Positions 39,530 through 49,597 of a DNA stretch of 64,000 nucleotides are shown here, piece after piece; positions within the stretch are counted from its first letter, which is position 1, and every line of letters starts with the position of its first letter. The DNA comes from Candidatus Poseidonia alphae (GTDB taxonomy: Archaea; Thermoplasmatota; Poseidoniia; Poseidoniales; Poseidoniaceae): the NCBI GenBank assembly GCA_002505405.1, contig DAVD01000012.1, positions 39,809 to 103,808 of the forward strand, written 5' to 3'. The position numbers were made by a program, and so were the translations under genes. Under the pieces are notes generated by a model. It was given only the letters and a program-made list of their open reading frames with translations. It had not been told where the DNA came from and searched no databases.

Positions 39530-40309
39530 TCATCCGAATGATGGGTCAATGTCCGTGATGTTGGTTGCTTCGGGTGCTGGGAGCATCTGTGAGGCATTCT
39601 CTATGATGTTGCGTACGTTGTCTTCAATGTCCCGGGCGTTTTCCAACAAGTCGGTCAATGGAATATCTAATCCCGTCAATTCGCCAATAGCCTCAACCGC
39701 AATAGCTGCGGCCCGAGCATCTGGATACATTGGGTTTGCTTCAGAAAGAAGGGCGGTGATGTCAATGCCCAAACGGTCACCTTCACCCAATAAGAATCCG
39801 GTAATTCCAGCAACGATGCCTTGCTGAATGGGTTCGATGTCCAAACCCTTCAACCGGTTTCTCGAGGCTTGGATTGAACCAACACCAAACAAAGCTCCTT
39901 CGGTTAATTCTTTTTCCGGTCGAACGAGCCCATCAATGATAATGAGGCGGTCGAAACCACCTTTTGTGAACCACTCAAGAACGGTGGATGCAAAGGTGAT
40001 ATCGGTTTCATTTCCGAACTGTATTTCGGAAGTGAACACGCCTACTCCCTCACCCTGATAAACACGTACAGGATGTTTTGGAATCTCGTTGTGTATGAGG
40101 GCAACGGCAGGGAAATCAGCATGCATGACGGTTCCTAATTGTTTCAATTTCAACTCTTTGATGATGTGAGATGTGGCAATGACCCCGACCATCCCTGCAG
40201 TGGTGAATCCACAGATTGCAACGCCTCCGGTTCTTGGGTCAGCATCTTGGTGCAAAACCAACGCGTACGATTGAAGATTCGCATCCATAGCATTCCCTCC
40301 GGTTTGCAT
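39530..40309 (-). CDS. PAC2-family (proteasome assembly chaperone-like) protein
   Basis: Overall similarity in layout to the second PAC2-like ORF at 53338–54171 (GF..GMVG.IA...I.). Confidence 0.5.
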   Translation of the reverse strand: MQTGGNAMDANLQSYALVLHQDADPRTGGVAICGFTTAGMVGVIATSHIIKELKLKQLGTVMHADFPAVALIHNEIPKHPVRVYQGEGVGVFTSEIQFGNETDITFASTVLEWFTKGGFDRLIIIDGLVRPEKELTEGALFGVGSIQASRNRLKGLDIEPIQQGIVAGITGFLLGEGDRLGIDITALLSEANPMYPDARAAAIAVEAIGELTGLDIPLTDLLENARDIEDNVRNIIENASQMLPAPEATNITDIDPSFG

Positions 40310-40344
40310 CCACTCGTCAGCCCATCAAAAGACTCGCGCCTGAA

Positions 40345-43300
40345 TCAATCTTCCCAGACAGCCCAGTCTTCCCAGCCTTCTTCGCGGTACCACCAGACGC
40401 CTTCTTCATCTTCCCACCATTCGGTACCGTTCTCGTCCATTGAGATTCCATCGTTCTCTTCGGTTGCTTCTTCAGTCCATTCCTCTTCGGACGAATGTTC
40501 CTCCTCATGGGTGTCTTCAGCACCCGTTTCGAGGCGGGTCTCTTCAGCAGTTGCGCCAAATTGGAAGGCATCAGCACTGCTTCCAAGCATTGAGGATTCA
40601 ATTCCTTCAGGGGCTTCTTCATGCAATTCTTTACCCTCTGCCTTAAGTGAATCAAGAGATTTGGAGGCGTTCAGGTCAAGACTCTTCGGCCCGGGGCTAA
40701 CGTCTGGGGCAGCCATTGCTTCAGCATAGTAATCTTCCTCGTCGTCCTCGTCAAAATCGTCATCGAGTCTTGAACGCATGAAGATGGCTCCCCCAATGGC
40801 GGCAGCCACGAAGATAACAATGCCGATTCCGACCAATACTGGGGTCATGGAACTCGAAGCTCCATCACCTTCATCGTTGCTCTGACCGTCGTTGGTATTG
40901 TCTGTATCAACCACAAGTTTCTCCGAGAGCGTCCACCGTAACTCACCTTCAGTGCTGGCTGTAGGCGTGGTCATGGAATCGCACTGATTGGCTCCGCCGA
41001 ACTCAGAGCATGAGAAGTAAACGACGTAGCCCACACCTTGAATTCCAGGGAACAAACCATCGGATGGCCCATTGCGGATCGGCGAGAATTCCACTTGGAC
41101 TGAGGCCTCCGCAGAAATGGTGAAGATTGGCGCGCTGCCCACACCAAAAGGCGCCTCAAAGGTGACTGGCGGAGGGGTTGTTGGAGTCACTTTCCAGGAA
41201 AACCCGAGGAGCACATCAAACGGATTCGGATTGGTGATGGTGCACGTAATGCGCTCGTCGGTACTGTTTTGCTCCCATGCGTAGGTTGCAGTTCCACAGT
41301 CAATCGTTCCAGCCAGCGTTGCATCCGGGAATGTCGTTTCGTTGCTGGTGTTGGAGGAGGAGTTGGTTTGATTTTCTTCTACGGCAGGTGATCCTTCAAA
41401 GTCGATCATGACCGCCATACCTTCGGTGTAATAGTACGGAGTGAACGTGTCCAGATGAATGTGTAAGAATCCACCGTATGCGCCAATTCCAGAGAGTTCC
41501 ATCTCGTTTCCACGCACCTCTCCAATTCCCGCTGATACCTCTGAACCATTTTCATCGTTCGCAATCCATCCAACGACCATGTTTGCAAGCAGTACCTGTT
41601 GTTCGGCGATGTCTGCATTGACGAGGAGAACCGTTGAGAATGATGCGTTCTCAGTAAGGAGGATTGGCTCGACGGTCGTGAAGGACACATCAACGACGCC
41701 AAAAGCAGAAGATTGGTTGAATGCAGGGGTTAGTGGGCGGTCTATGAGTCCTCCTTGGCTTCCTTCGTATGAAACTGAAAGGGTCATTTGGCCAAGCGCT
41801 TCAATTGGGCCCAGAGTGGTGAGGTTAGGGATTGAAAACACCGCTATGCCTGATTCATTTGTTGTTTCAACGAGCGTGAAGTTATCGTTTTCACCGAGAA
41901 TGTTCAATGTTAAATCCGCTCCAACAACACCCGAACCGTTCTCATGCAAATGAGCGGTAACATCCAACGCCCCATTCTTCTTCAACAAGACATGTGAGGT
42001 GGTTTCATCGCTTGTAAATCCAAGATAGGTCACGTCAAGCGAGGTGGTTAACGCCGAGTCGTTTCTGGTGAACACTGGGCCAAACGCTGTCGCATCGTAT
42101 GAAAAATTACCAAACTGGTCGACGCCAACAACGGTGACGAAGTAAGGCGTTCCATCAAGGAGGGCATTGCCTTCATTGTCAACGCTCAGCGTGGAATTAA
42201 AGACTGAAGCCGCTGTTGTCATGGAGGCACTCATTCCGTTAAGTGAAGTGAAATTCACAGCACTGACGTAAATCTGATGTTCATTCACGGATGAATGTCC
42301 CGGGGACCAAGTGATGTCCAACGCGCCTCCAGAATCGCTGGGGCGGTCTACAGCCGTCACGTTCGGTATGTAGGACTGAGGGGGAGGGTAGGGGACGGTG
42401 ATTGAAAGAGGGGCGGAGAGATTGCTGGTCACTCCGTATTGATGGACACTGCGGACATAGTAGTCGTATTGTTCACCGGGGGAGAAATTCATATCGATCG
42501 TGAAGTTGCTGATGCTGCTTGAATAGGTATCAAGGAGATCTAAGTCTTGATTCTGGCCCACCCTGTAGATGATGAATTGAAGCAGGTCGTCACCAAAATC
42601 GGTTTGATTCTGCCATCCAAGTTCCAAACTCGTGCTGTTCAGTTGATTGATTTGCAATATCGGAGTTGGCGGTAGGGCGATATTAGGTGCGCCTTCGGTG
42701 TAGGCAATGGTGGGGTTGGAAATCTCAAAACTACCGTTTCGTGTTGAGGAAAACAGCAGAGGTACGTTTAACGTTCCTGAACCACCGGTCATCTGTTGAT
42801 TCAATACATTGGTGAGATTACGAGAGGGATGTGGATTAAGATTCACCTGAAATTCTGCATCATATGTAATGTTGAGATCTGTAAAGGTGAACATGCCCCC
42901 AGCCAATGTGCTCAACGAAAAGTTGACCGGAGACATTTGAATGCCGTATCCATCGGTAATCCACGGCCAACTGAAACTCATAGCGCTCAACTGCGTGCTC
43001 AAGTTGTTGACTGGGTCGAGTATCTGAAGCGGTGCGAGGCCATTTGAGCCGTTTCCAGCATAGCCTGATGCGGTGTAATCAGCCATTGAATTATGGTCAA
43101 CATCGTAACCAATTTCGTGCCAGGCACCTATGAACACCCCGTGCTGTGAACCTTCACCTGCGACGACAATGTGTTCGCGTATACCATCGCCATCAAAGTC
43201 TCCGAAATCGATGGACTTGGGCATGGTCCAGGGTTCCAATATTGCTGAAGCAGATGAGTTAACTCGTCCCTTGTTGCTGCCGTAAGTACGGAAATTGTAA

Positions 43301-44682
43301 GCAGTAAAGTTGCCATCTAATGTGCTCGAAATGCCATCGCCTTGGGTCAACTGAGGAAGGAGGAGCGAACTGTCCATGTCGTAATCGTGATCGATGATGG
43401 TCGCATTGGTGAGGTCCAAGAGACCGTTGTGATTCTCCTCATTCCAAGATGTAAGGCGATTTTCAATTGAGCGGTGTCCAGTGCTACGTGTGGCAATGAA
43501 ATCGAGGTCTCCATCGTTATCAAAATCGCCGTACACTGAATCCGTTCCGAGTCCATCAAAGCGCGTCACCAGCTCTGCAAAGGCCCCGTTTGGCGAATAC
43601 TGCAGTTGGATGCATTGGCCTGTGGTATCCACCACGACCAACTTGTATGGGTTCAATTCACCATTAAACCGAGCCAGGTACATTGCCGTCAAAGAGGCTG
43701 TTGTAGTGCCTTGAGGAGTTTCGTAAACAACGGCCGAATCTACGCTTGAAAACCCGTTGGACTTGGTGCTAAATTCTGCAATATCAACTCCTCCACCGGT
43801 TCGGATGGTTACCAAGTCTGCATATCCATCATCGGCAACATCTCCAATATCCAAATCAATGACTGAAGAGGGGAGCGTAAAATTGGCCCGGGTTGGAAAG
43901 TTACCTGTGGTGCCGTTGTAGATGTGGATGCAGAGCAAACTGTCCACCGGTGCATACGTGACCACGTCTTCAAAGGAATCACCGTTCAAATCGGCAACCA
44001 TCACCCGGGTAGCATTCGTACATGTTGGAACCCATGATGTGTTGGAAACGCCCGTAGTATTGGTATAACTCATGACCGTGAAGGCGGTCCCAACTCCGGT
44101 ACTTGCATTTGAGGACGAAAGAAGGATGGCGTCTGCCAGACTGTTGTTTTCGATGTCACCAATGGCCGTATCGGTTATCGGCCCCAATGGAAAGAAGCCG
44201 CCAGTCAAAGTAGGTTCAAACCCAACGGTCATTCGAGCATCGGTTATTGCAGAACCGTAAGGAAGAAGGAAGTCGGAAGTGTTGGTACTGGCTTGGATGG
44301 GCCCATTTGGTTCGATGGCTAATGCAGATGAGTTGTTTCCATCTGCAAACATCGTCTGCAATCCAAAGTCTCCGTAACCGGTTTGATTGAATTCCCACTC
44401 ATTCTCTCCGTTTTGGTCGAGGTCCAGCCAAACCTTACCCGGCGACTGGGTTGTTCCAGAATCGGGAGAGAGGAAGAAAAGAGACTGTTCGATCGTAGTG
44501 TTTCGCTCCAAATCAAACCCAATTGAGGTGTGTGTGCCCCCGTTCATGGTGATTGTTTCTTGGGCTGTACCCGTGGAAAAAACAGAAATGGTGGTGGATT
44601 GGGCGCTAGCAAACATAACTGACCAGCCAGGGCCAACCATCATCAAAACAAGCAGGGTTCCCAGAATTTGACGGGATTTCAT
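40345..44682 (-). CDS. Giant secreted cell-surface protein with FG-GAP/VCBS-type Ca-binding repeats and fibronectin-III-like domain, C-terminal TM anchor and acidic cytoplasmic tail
   Basis: Signal peptide. Repeated DxDxDG loops (DFDNDGDLDF, GDFDGDGIRE, VADLNGDSFEDV). Fn3-like LELGWQNQTD...YDYYVRSV. A TM helix IGIVIFVAAAIGGAIF followed by an Asp/Glu/Trp-rich tail. Confidence 0.6.
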   Translation of the reverse strand: MKSRQILGTLLVLMMVGPGWSVMFASAQSTTISVFSTGTAQETITMNGGTHTSIGFDLERNTTIEQSLFFLSPDSGTTQSPGKVWLDLDQNGENEWEFNQTGYGDFGLQTMFADGNNSSALAIEPNGPIQASTNTSDFLLPYGSAITDARMTVGFEPTLTGGFFPLGPITDTAIGDIENNSLADAILLSSSNASTGVGTAFTVMSYTNTTGVSNTSWVPTCTNATRVMVADLNGDSFEDVVTYAPVDSLLCIHIYNGTTGNFPTRANFTLPSSVIDLDIGDVADDGYADLVTIRTGGGVDIAEFSTKSNGFSSVDSAVVYETPQGTTTASLTAMYLARFNGELNPYKLVVVDTTGQCIQLQYSPNGAFAELVTRFDGLGTDSVYGDFDNDGDLDFIATRSTGHRSIENRLTSWNEENHNGLLDLTNATIIDHDYDMDSSLLLPQLTQGDGISSTLDGNFTAYNFRTYGSNKGRVNSSASAILEPWTMPKSIDFGDFDGDGIREHIVVAGEGSQHGVFIGAWHEIGYDVDHNSMADYTASGYAGNGSNGLAPLQILDPVNNLSTQLSAMSFSWPWITDGYGIQMSPVNFSLSTLAGGMFTFTDLNITYDAEFQVNLNPHPSRNLTNVLNQQMTGGSGTLNVPLLFSSTRNGSFEISNPTIAYTEGAPNIALPPTPILQINQLNSTSLELGWQNQTDFGDDLLQFIIYRVGQNQDLDLLDTYSSSISNFTIDMNFSPGEQYDYYVRSVHQYGVTSNLSAPLSITVPYPPPQSYIPNVTAVDRPSDSGGALDITWSPGHSSVNEHQIYVSAVNFTSLNGMSASMTTAASVFNSTLSVDNEGNALLDGTPYFVTVVGVDQFGNFSYDATAFGPVFTRNDSALTTSLDVTYLGFTSDETTSHVLLKKNGALDVTAHLHENGSGVVGADLTLNILGENDNFTLVETTNESGIAVFSIPNLTTLGPIEALGQMTLSVSYEGSQGGLIDRPLTPAFNQSSAFGVVDVSFTTVEPILLTENASFSTVLLVNADIAEQQVLLANMVVGWIANDENGSEVSAGIGEVRGNEMELSGIGAYGGFLHIHLDTFTPYYYTEGMAVMIDFEGSPAVEENQTNSSSNTSNETTFPDATLAGTIDCGTATYAWEQNSTDERITCTITNPNPFDVLLGFSWKVTPTTPPPVTFEAPFGVGSAPIFTISAEASVQVEFSPIRNGPSDGLFPGIQGVGYVVYFSCSEFGGANQCDSMTTPTASTEGELRWTLSEKLVVDTDNTNDGQSNDEGDGASSSMTPVLVGIGIVIFVAAAIGGAIFMRSRLDDDFDEDDEEDYYAEAMAAPDVSPGPKSLDLNASKSLDSLKAEGKELHEEAPEGIESSMLGSSADAFQFGATAEETRLETGAEDTHEEEHSSEEEWTEEATEENDGISMDENGTEWWEDEEGVWWYREEGWEDWAVWED

Positions 44683-44796
44683 CTCAAGGCCTCAAGGTTG
44701 GCTGCGCATTACCTGTTATGTTTGTTTTGTCGCGTTGAACGCTTAAATTTTCTAAAAATGTATCATTTTTCACAACATAAGGTTATGAAGGATTGA

Positions 44797-45315
44797 GTGT
44801 CGTTATTGGTCAAGAGGCGATTATTTTTGCGACTTACAGTTCAAGCCGGTGACATTGAGATTAATCTCGAAGGCGCCGCCATTCAAATTGACGAACAATT
44901 GGCTGCGGCCAAGATTGACCACACATGGACCATGCTCCTCGAACGCATCCGAGAGGCAAGAGAAAACGCACTTGAAGCCGCTGTGAATGCGGCAAGAGAT
45001 GCCGGACTGCCAGAACGAGGGTCTGCGTTCCGCGCCCTTCTGGACAATTGTGCATTGTCGCGGAAACCTGACCAAGTGTTGGGCGCCATACACTACTTGC
45101 GCGACGTAGAGGGTATTAGCGACAGTCCACCTCGTGTGGTCAACCAATTGTTTAGTGATGCAGGCATTGACCCACCAGGCAACCTCTCCCTCTACCTCAA
45201 CCGTCTGAAGGAAAGGAATTTCCTCATCGTCCCTCGTGGAAAGGATGAGAAAAATCGATTCGCAATCCTTACACCCGAAGGCCAAGCACACTTGGACAAG
45301 CGCTCCGGCGCTTGA
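44797..45315 (+). CDS. Hypothetical protein, possible winged-helix DNA-binding C-terminus
   Basis: C-terminal LYLNRLKERNFLIVPRGKDEKNRFAILTPEG resembles a wHTH wing. The start is uncertain. Confidence 0.35.
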   Translation: MSLLVKRRLFLRLTVQAGDIEINLEGAAIQIDEQLAAAKIDHTWTMLLERIREARENALEAAVNAARDAGLPERGSAFRALLDNCALSRKPDQVLGAIHYLRDVEGISDSPPRVVNQLFSDAGIDPPGNLSLYLNRLKERNFLIVPRGKDEKNRFAILTPEGQAHLDKRSGA

Positions 45316-45324
45316 GGTGCTCAA

Positions 45325-45768
45325 ATGGTCATGTCCGGTGGAGGAAAAGGCGATCCTCGGGACGATGAGACAACTTCTGAAGAAGCCGAAGTGCTGGATT
45401 GGTCTTTTCAAAACAAGACCGAATCGCTCGTGAGAAAGGGGCGTCACACCGGTTCAAATTTCCGAAGGACCATCTTTGACAGGGCCGACCTAACCGAAGG
45501 GGATTTTACCCACTGTGACTTTCGTCGTGCTTCGATGGTTGATACCGATTTGATGAAATCTTCATTCGACCACTCGGATTTCCGTGGTGCTGATTTGAGA
45601 AAAGCAAGACTGAACCTTTCAAATTTTAAGAATTGTAAATTCAAGGGTGCCGACTTACGTGGAATACGAGGCAAATACGCGATCTGGCAGGGTAGCGATT
45701 GGTGGAACGCCACCATGGACGACGAATTGCGAAAGGCCCTTGCCAAAAAATGGCCAAAGCCTGAATGA
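45325..45768 (+). CDS. Pentapeptide-repeat protein
   Basis: Tandem A(D/N)LxG-type pentapeptides: ADLTEGDFTHCDFRRASMVDTDLMKSSFDHSDFRGADLRKARLNLSNFKNCKFKGADLRG. Confidence 0.6.
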   Translation: MVMSGGGKGDPRDDETTSEEAEVLDWSFQNKTESLVRKGRHTGSNFRRTIFDRADLTEGDFTHCDFRRASMVDTDLMKSSFDHSDFRGADLRKARLNLSNFKNCKFKGADLRGIRGKYAIWQGSDWWNATMDDELRKALAKKWPKPE

Positions 45769-45793
45769 ACCATTCACTGCACAACTGATTGAA

Positions 45794-46543
45794 TCAGTCA
45801 TCCTTTTCCTTCAATCCGGTAGCATTGATATCGCCAGCGATTGCACTGTCCTGAATGTTGTAAGTAATATTCTGAACAACTGTGGTTGACTTTGCTTTCT
45901 CCAACTCATCCTGCATATGCGTTTTTTCAAGTTCAGCCCGAGTGACTGTTTGCTGTAAACGTTGTATTTCATCATTGACTGATTCGTCTTGTACCACAAT
46001 GACTTGGAGGTTGAGAGCCATCCGAGCTTTGGTGTTCAAGAGAGGTAACGCTGTTACCGCGAGACATAAGGACATGATCGCTCCACAAAGATACACCCAT
46101 ATTTCGTAAGTCAGCATCATAGCGTCACCCAAGTGCATTTGAGCTGAATCGTTGATGAGATAACTTCCATAAACGCCGGAAATCAGGCCAAGCACTGCTC
46201 CCGTTACACAGAGATACGCTCCGTTGATGTTCAATCGATGCAAGAGAGGCGTCCCAATAAGCAAGCAAATCGTTGCTATTGCCAGCCCAATTGAACGGAT
46301 CAGGTATCCCTTATTTGTTTGAACTTCATCTTCAAAGGCTCTAAAGTCGTCCACGGATGTTGGCTCTCCACCCTGACTGTTTGGAGTCGCCAGGAAGGTA
46401 TCAACCTGGGAATCCGTAAGCCCGCCTTGGTGCTGAAGCCAGTCTTGATAGGAGAACCCCGCCAGTAAAAGCGCGCTGAAAAAGAGGATGATGGCGATGT
46501 TCTTCGGCCCTCGCGTGTCTGGTTTAATGCCTTCATTATTCAT
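45794..46543 (-). CDS. Membrane protein with C-terminal coiled-coil
   Basis: Four hydrophobic segments, then a heptad-rich tail. Confidence 0.4.
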   Translation of the reverse strand: MNNEGIKPDTRGPKNIAIILFFSALLLAGFSYQDWLQHQGGLTDSQVDTFLATPNSQGGEPTSVDDFRAFEDEVQTNKGYLIRSIGLAIATICLLIGTPLLHRLNINGAYLCVTGAVLGLISGVYGSYLINDSAQMHLGDAMMLTYEIWVYLCGAIMSLCLAVTALPLLNTKARMALNLQVIVVQDESVNDEIQRLQQTVTRAELEKTHMQDELEKAKSTTVVQNITYNIQDSAIAGDINATGLKEKDD

Positions 46544-46964
46544 TATCTACCCCTCCATCTAAATGGTTGAGCAGTCCCGTTTTGAGGCGCTCTGGAATCG
46601 GTGTTGGCTTCAGCGTATCCATGTCAACACAAACGGTGGTTTGGGATGATGACCAAACAAGATCTGCGTGTTGATTGATGAAACGATATTCCCAGACCAA
46701 CGATGTGGTCCCGATATGGGAAATTGATATATGCGCTGAAATACGGTCGCCATACCTCATTGGCGCTTTGAATTCCGACGCGATGTTGATCACGGGAAAA
46801 CCAACTTTCAGTTCTCCAAGAACCGTTGGATAATCCACACCGCACATCTCTGGCCAAGTGGCTTCAAACACCCGATGTGCCAGGTCGTAGATTCTTGGGA
46901 AGTAGGCGATATTGGCCAAATCGACCATCGGGAATTCCACGGAGCGTTCAATCACTACGGCCAT
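46536..46964 (-). CDS. Hotdog-fold acyl-CoA thioesterase (4HBT/YbgC-like)
   Basis: N-terminal VDLANIAYFPRIYDL is typical of the 4HBT family. Length about 140 aa. Confidence 0.6.
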   Translation of the reverse strand: MAVVIERSVEFPMVDLANIAYFPRIYDLAHRVFEATWPEMCGVDYPTVLGELKVGFPVINIASEFKAPMRYGDRISAHISISHIGTTSLVWEYRFINQHADLVWSSSQTTVCVDMDTLKPTPIPERLKTGLLNHLDGGVDNE

Positions 46965-47058
46965 GGACTTTCCAGGCGTCTCAATTCAATGAACCCTTGT
47001 ACGAAACAGGGCGTTGTATCACCCTCGCGCTTATATTGGGGCGGCTGGTCGGCCAAAT

Positions 47059-47136
47059 TGGCCCTATAGTGTAGCTTGGATATCACAGAGGCTTGCGGAG
47101 CCTCGAACCCGTGTTCGAATCGCGGTGGGGCCGCCA
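47059..47136 (+). tRNA. tRNA-Arg (anticodon GCG), CCA encoded
   Basis: Acceptor GGCCCTA/TGGGGCC. Anticodon arm GAGGC-TTGCGGA-GCCTC. T arm CCGTG-TTCGAAT-CGCGG. Discriminator G followed by CCA. Confidence 0.85.
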
Positions 47137-47153
47137 TTCAACCATGAATCAGC

Positions 47154-48119
47154 TCAAGCAAGAGCCAAGTTACGAATCTGCTCATCAAGAAGAGCGACGG
47201 TTGTTGCTTCTTCTTCAGTGATGGTTTCATCGTAAAAAGATTGAATCGTTGCAGGGTCGTAATCCTCACTCTCAATGGTTGTCAACAACTTCTTGGCGAG
47301 AGGGGGGTAAACTGAGGCGACCTTTCTGACAAAAATGGGGTCTGTCTGCCACTCGGATGAGTTGCGAAGAATTGCAGGAGATTCGGATAGATGGTCGATG
47401 AGGTCAAAGAAGCCGCAAAGCGTGTAATGTTGGGAGGTTTCGGCTAGATGGTCATCAAACATGTCATTCCACCAACTTTGACGTGACTTTGAGTATTCTA
47501 TCTTGAAGCCGCGAGCCAGTGGATTTCCAAAAGAAACGCGCCACTTCCATCCGTTTGTACCTCTCAAGGTAAAATGGTCAGATTTGGGGTCCAAACGCCC
47601 ACCGTATTTCATGAAAAGATGTTCTGACAAGGATTCGGTGAGGGGACTCTCTCTTAACCCGTACATGGCGTACAATGCATGGCGTAGAGGGCCCATGTTT
47701 TCTTGAAGCCATGTCGACTCATCGTTCATGAGCCCCAGCAAATATGCTCCAAGGAGGTCGTATGCAGGCATTGAACCGTTGATTTGGACTTGAACGCATG
47801 CAGTTTTTGGTTGGTCGACAAGAGTTCCTTTGGGGTGGATTTCAACCTGGTCAAAAGAACTGTAATCAAAGGGGTTGTTCATTTTGTTGAGAAACCCGCC
47901 CATGTCAACACGATAGGTTGCAAGCGTTCCATTTACAATGATTCGACCAGCCTTGTCGAGAAACATTCGGTCTTGGTTTCGGGCTACGATACTGCTGACT
48001 AACTTTGCAGCCCGATTGGTTGCTTGAGCAGCCTCCAACATTTGGTTCAACAGCAATTCCCTTCGGTAATCTTGGACAACTTCACTCGCTTGGTTTTCTT
48101 CTTCATCGTCCGGACTCAT
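47154..48119 (-). CDS. Hypothetical protein (321 aa)
   Basis: Long ORF with halophile-like acidic composition. No motifs recognised. Immediately downstream of tRNA-Arg. Confidence 0.45.
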   Translation of the reverse strand: MSPDDEEENQASEVVQDYRRELLLNQMLEAAQATNRAAKLVSSIVARNQDRMFLDKAGRIIVNGTLATYRVDMGGFLNKMNNPFDYSSFDQVEIHPKGTLVDQPKTACVQVQINGSMPAYDLLGAYLLGLMNDESTWLQENMGPLRHALYAMYGLRESPLTESLSEHLFMKYGGRLDPKSDHFTLRGTNGWKWRVSFGNPLARGFKIEYSKSRQSWWNDMFDDHLAETSQHYTLCGFFDLIDHLSESPAILRNSSEWQTDPIFVRKVASVYPPLAKKLLTTIESEDYDPATIQSFYDETITEEEATTVALLDEQIRNLALA

Positions 48120-48151
48120 GGTTTAGATGGCCCGTAAGGATATATGAACCC

Positions 48152-48814
48152 TCAAGGCCATTCCACAATTTCCCACTGGTATGAGTGCGCGTGCTTTCGT
48201 AGAGACCCTTCTGGGTTAACAGCAATTGCATGCCCGCAGAGCTTCATAAACCACGAATCTGCAAGGGTATTTCCATATCCATAACATTGACTGAGGTCGT
48301 GATTGTTTTCCCTCGCATCCAATTCCACTACGGGGACTTTGCCTTTGCGACGGGGGACGCTCCAACCCCGCTCAGAACCTGACAAAATGCCTGTTCGCTC
48401 GCTTGGCCCGCAACCGTACACTGCGTCCATGTTGAGAACCTGAGCCATCGCTTCAGCCATGGGAGCAACGGTAGCCGTAACAAGGATCAAACGGTGGCCT
48501 TGATCACGATGCCACTGCAGTCGTTCCCAAGCTCCCGCTGAAACATGTTCTTTCAAGACATGTTCAGCCAAGTGCTCTGAATAGTTCTCAAGGACTTCCC
48601 ATGACGCTAGAGATAGGTGGCCGCGGTTTCGGGCCGCATCGTAAACAGAACGACCTCGTAATAAATTGGTCAAAAAACCAGATGTCCATGCTACTGCACC
48701 CCATGGAATACGCCATGGACGACGTTTAGCGAGATGAGCCGTGAGGGTTTTTTCGCTGGACGCATTGAGGAGCGTTCCATCGAGGTCGAAATAAGCAGCG
48801 ATTTGCCCCTCCAT
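48152..48814 (-). CDS. HAD-superfamily hydrolase (HAD-IB/phosphoserine phosphatase-like)
   Basis: Motif I YFDLDGTLL. Confidence 0.6.
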   Translation of the reverse strand: MEGQIAAYFDLDGTLLNASSEKTLTAHLAKRRPWRIPWGAVAWTSGFLTNLLRGRSVYDAARNRGHLSLASWEVLENYSEHLAEHVLKEHVSAGAWERLQWHRDQGHRLILVTATVAPMAEAMAQVLNMDAVYGCGPSERTGILSGSERGWSVPRRKGKVPVVELDARENNHDLSQCYGYGNTLADSWFMKLCGHAIAVNPEGSLRKHAHSYQWEIVEWP

Positions 48815-48863
48815 ATTGGTGCTGATGAGCGGGCCCTACATGAGACAAACCCACAATTCTCCT

Positions 48864-49160
48864 TTATTGGCTTGATTTTTTAGAAGGCTCATCGCCAATC
48901 AAACCGTACACGCGGCGACCAGCACGATGGTCCTGCCACCACGTGAGGGTGGCACCAAGATGTCGTGTGATGAAGAAACCTACTTTTCTTGGAGTAAGGC
49001 CGTGGTTGCGCATCCCTTGATCGTGGTTCAAATTAGCGACGATGGCTTGGGCAGAACAGCCTGGATTCGCTGAAACAAAATGTCGAACCTCACGACACAT
49101 ACGGTTGAATCGTGCTCTTTTTTGACTGCCTATACCTGTCCTGTTTGACATAAACGGCAA
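48864..49160 (-). CDS. Small basic hypothetical protein
   Basis: 98-aa ORF. Basic, possibly DNA-binding. Confidence 0.3.
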   Translation of the reverse strand: MPFMSNRTGIGSQKRARFNRMCREVRHFVSANPGCSAQAIVANLNHDQGMRNHGLTPRKVGFFITRHLGATLTWWQDHRAGRRVYGLIGDEPSKKSSQ

Positions 49161-49196
49161 AATCTTGTTGAACCGTTATCAAAGATTCGTTGGGGG

Positions 49197-49559
49197 TTAC
49201 TCGAACGAAACGGATTGGGTGGTCTTCCAGTTAGCCGTGGCTAACTTCTTGGCTTTTCCATCAGCGATGATCGGGTGAATCTTGTTGAGCCGTCCGTGCA
49301 TTCCATGGACGTGAAACTTCACGCGCAGTTCTGCTGCTCGGTCTCGGTGAAGGGCTTCGTCTTGCTCATCGTCGAGTTCGACTGAAGCAAGTTCATGGCC
49401 TTGATTTGCGCAACGCACAGAAAGGGTGTTGTTTGCATAGAAGAGCGAGGGCCTGAAGTCCCAGTCGTCTGGATCATTCATCCAAACGGAGAGGTCAACA
49501 GACAAGGCGTCTCGAATCGTAACTCGGCTGACTTCAACTGTATCGACCATGATGACCAT
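49197..49559 (-). CDS. Hypothetical protein
   Basis: 120-aa ORF with coding-like composition. Confidence 0.35.
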   Translation of the reverse strand: MVIMVDTVEVSRVTIRDALSVDLSVWMNDPDDWDFRPSLFYANNTLSVRCANQGHELASVELDDEQDEALHRDRAAELRVKFHVHGMHGRLNKIHPIIADGKAKKLATANWKTTQSVSFE

Positions 49560-49597
49560 TCCTTTCCAAGGCGCCCCTCTTCATACACCTTTCTCTT

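Noticed and set aside
46826-47137. ORFs 46826–47074, 46875–47069, 46955–47137
   Set aside because: They overlap the clearly folding tRNA-Arg and the 5' end of the thioesterase gene, so they are spurious.
47137-47160. Integrase adjacent to tRNA-Arg
   Set aside because: The next ORF lacks any recombinase signature, so the island interpretation stays a hypothesis only.
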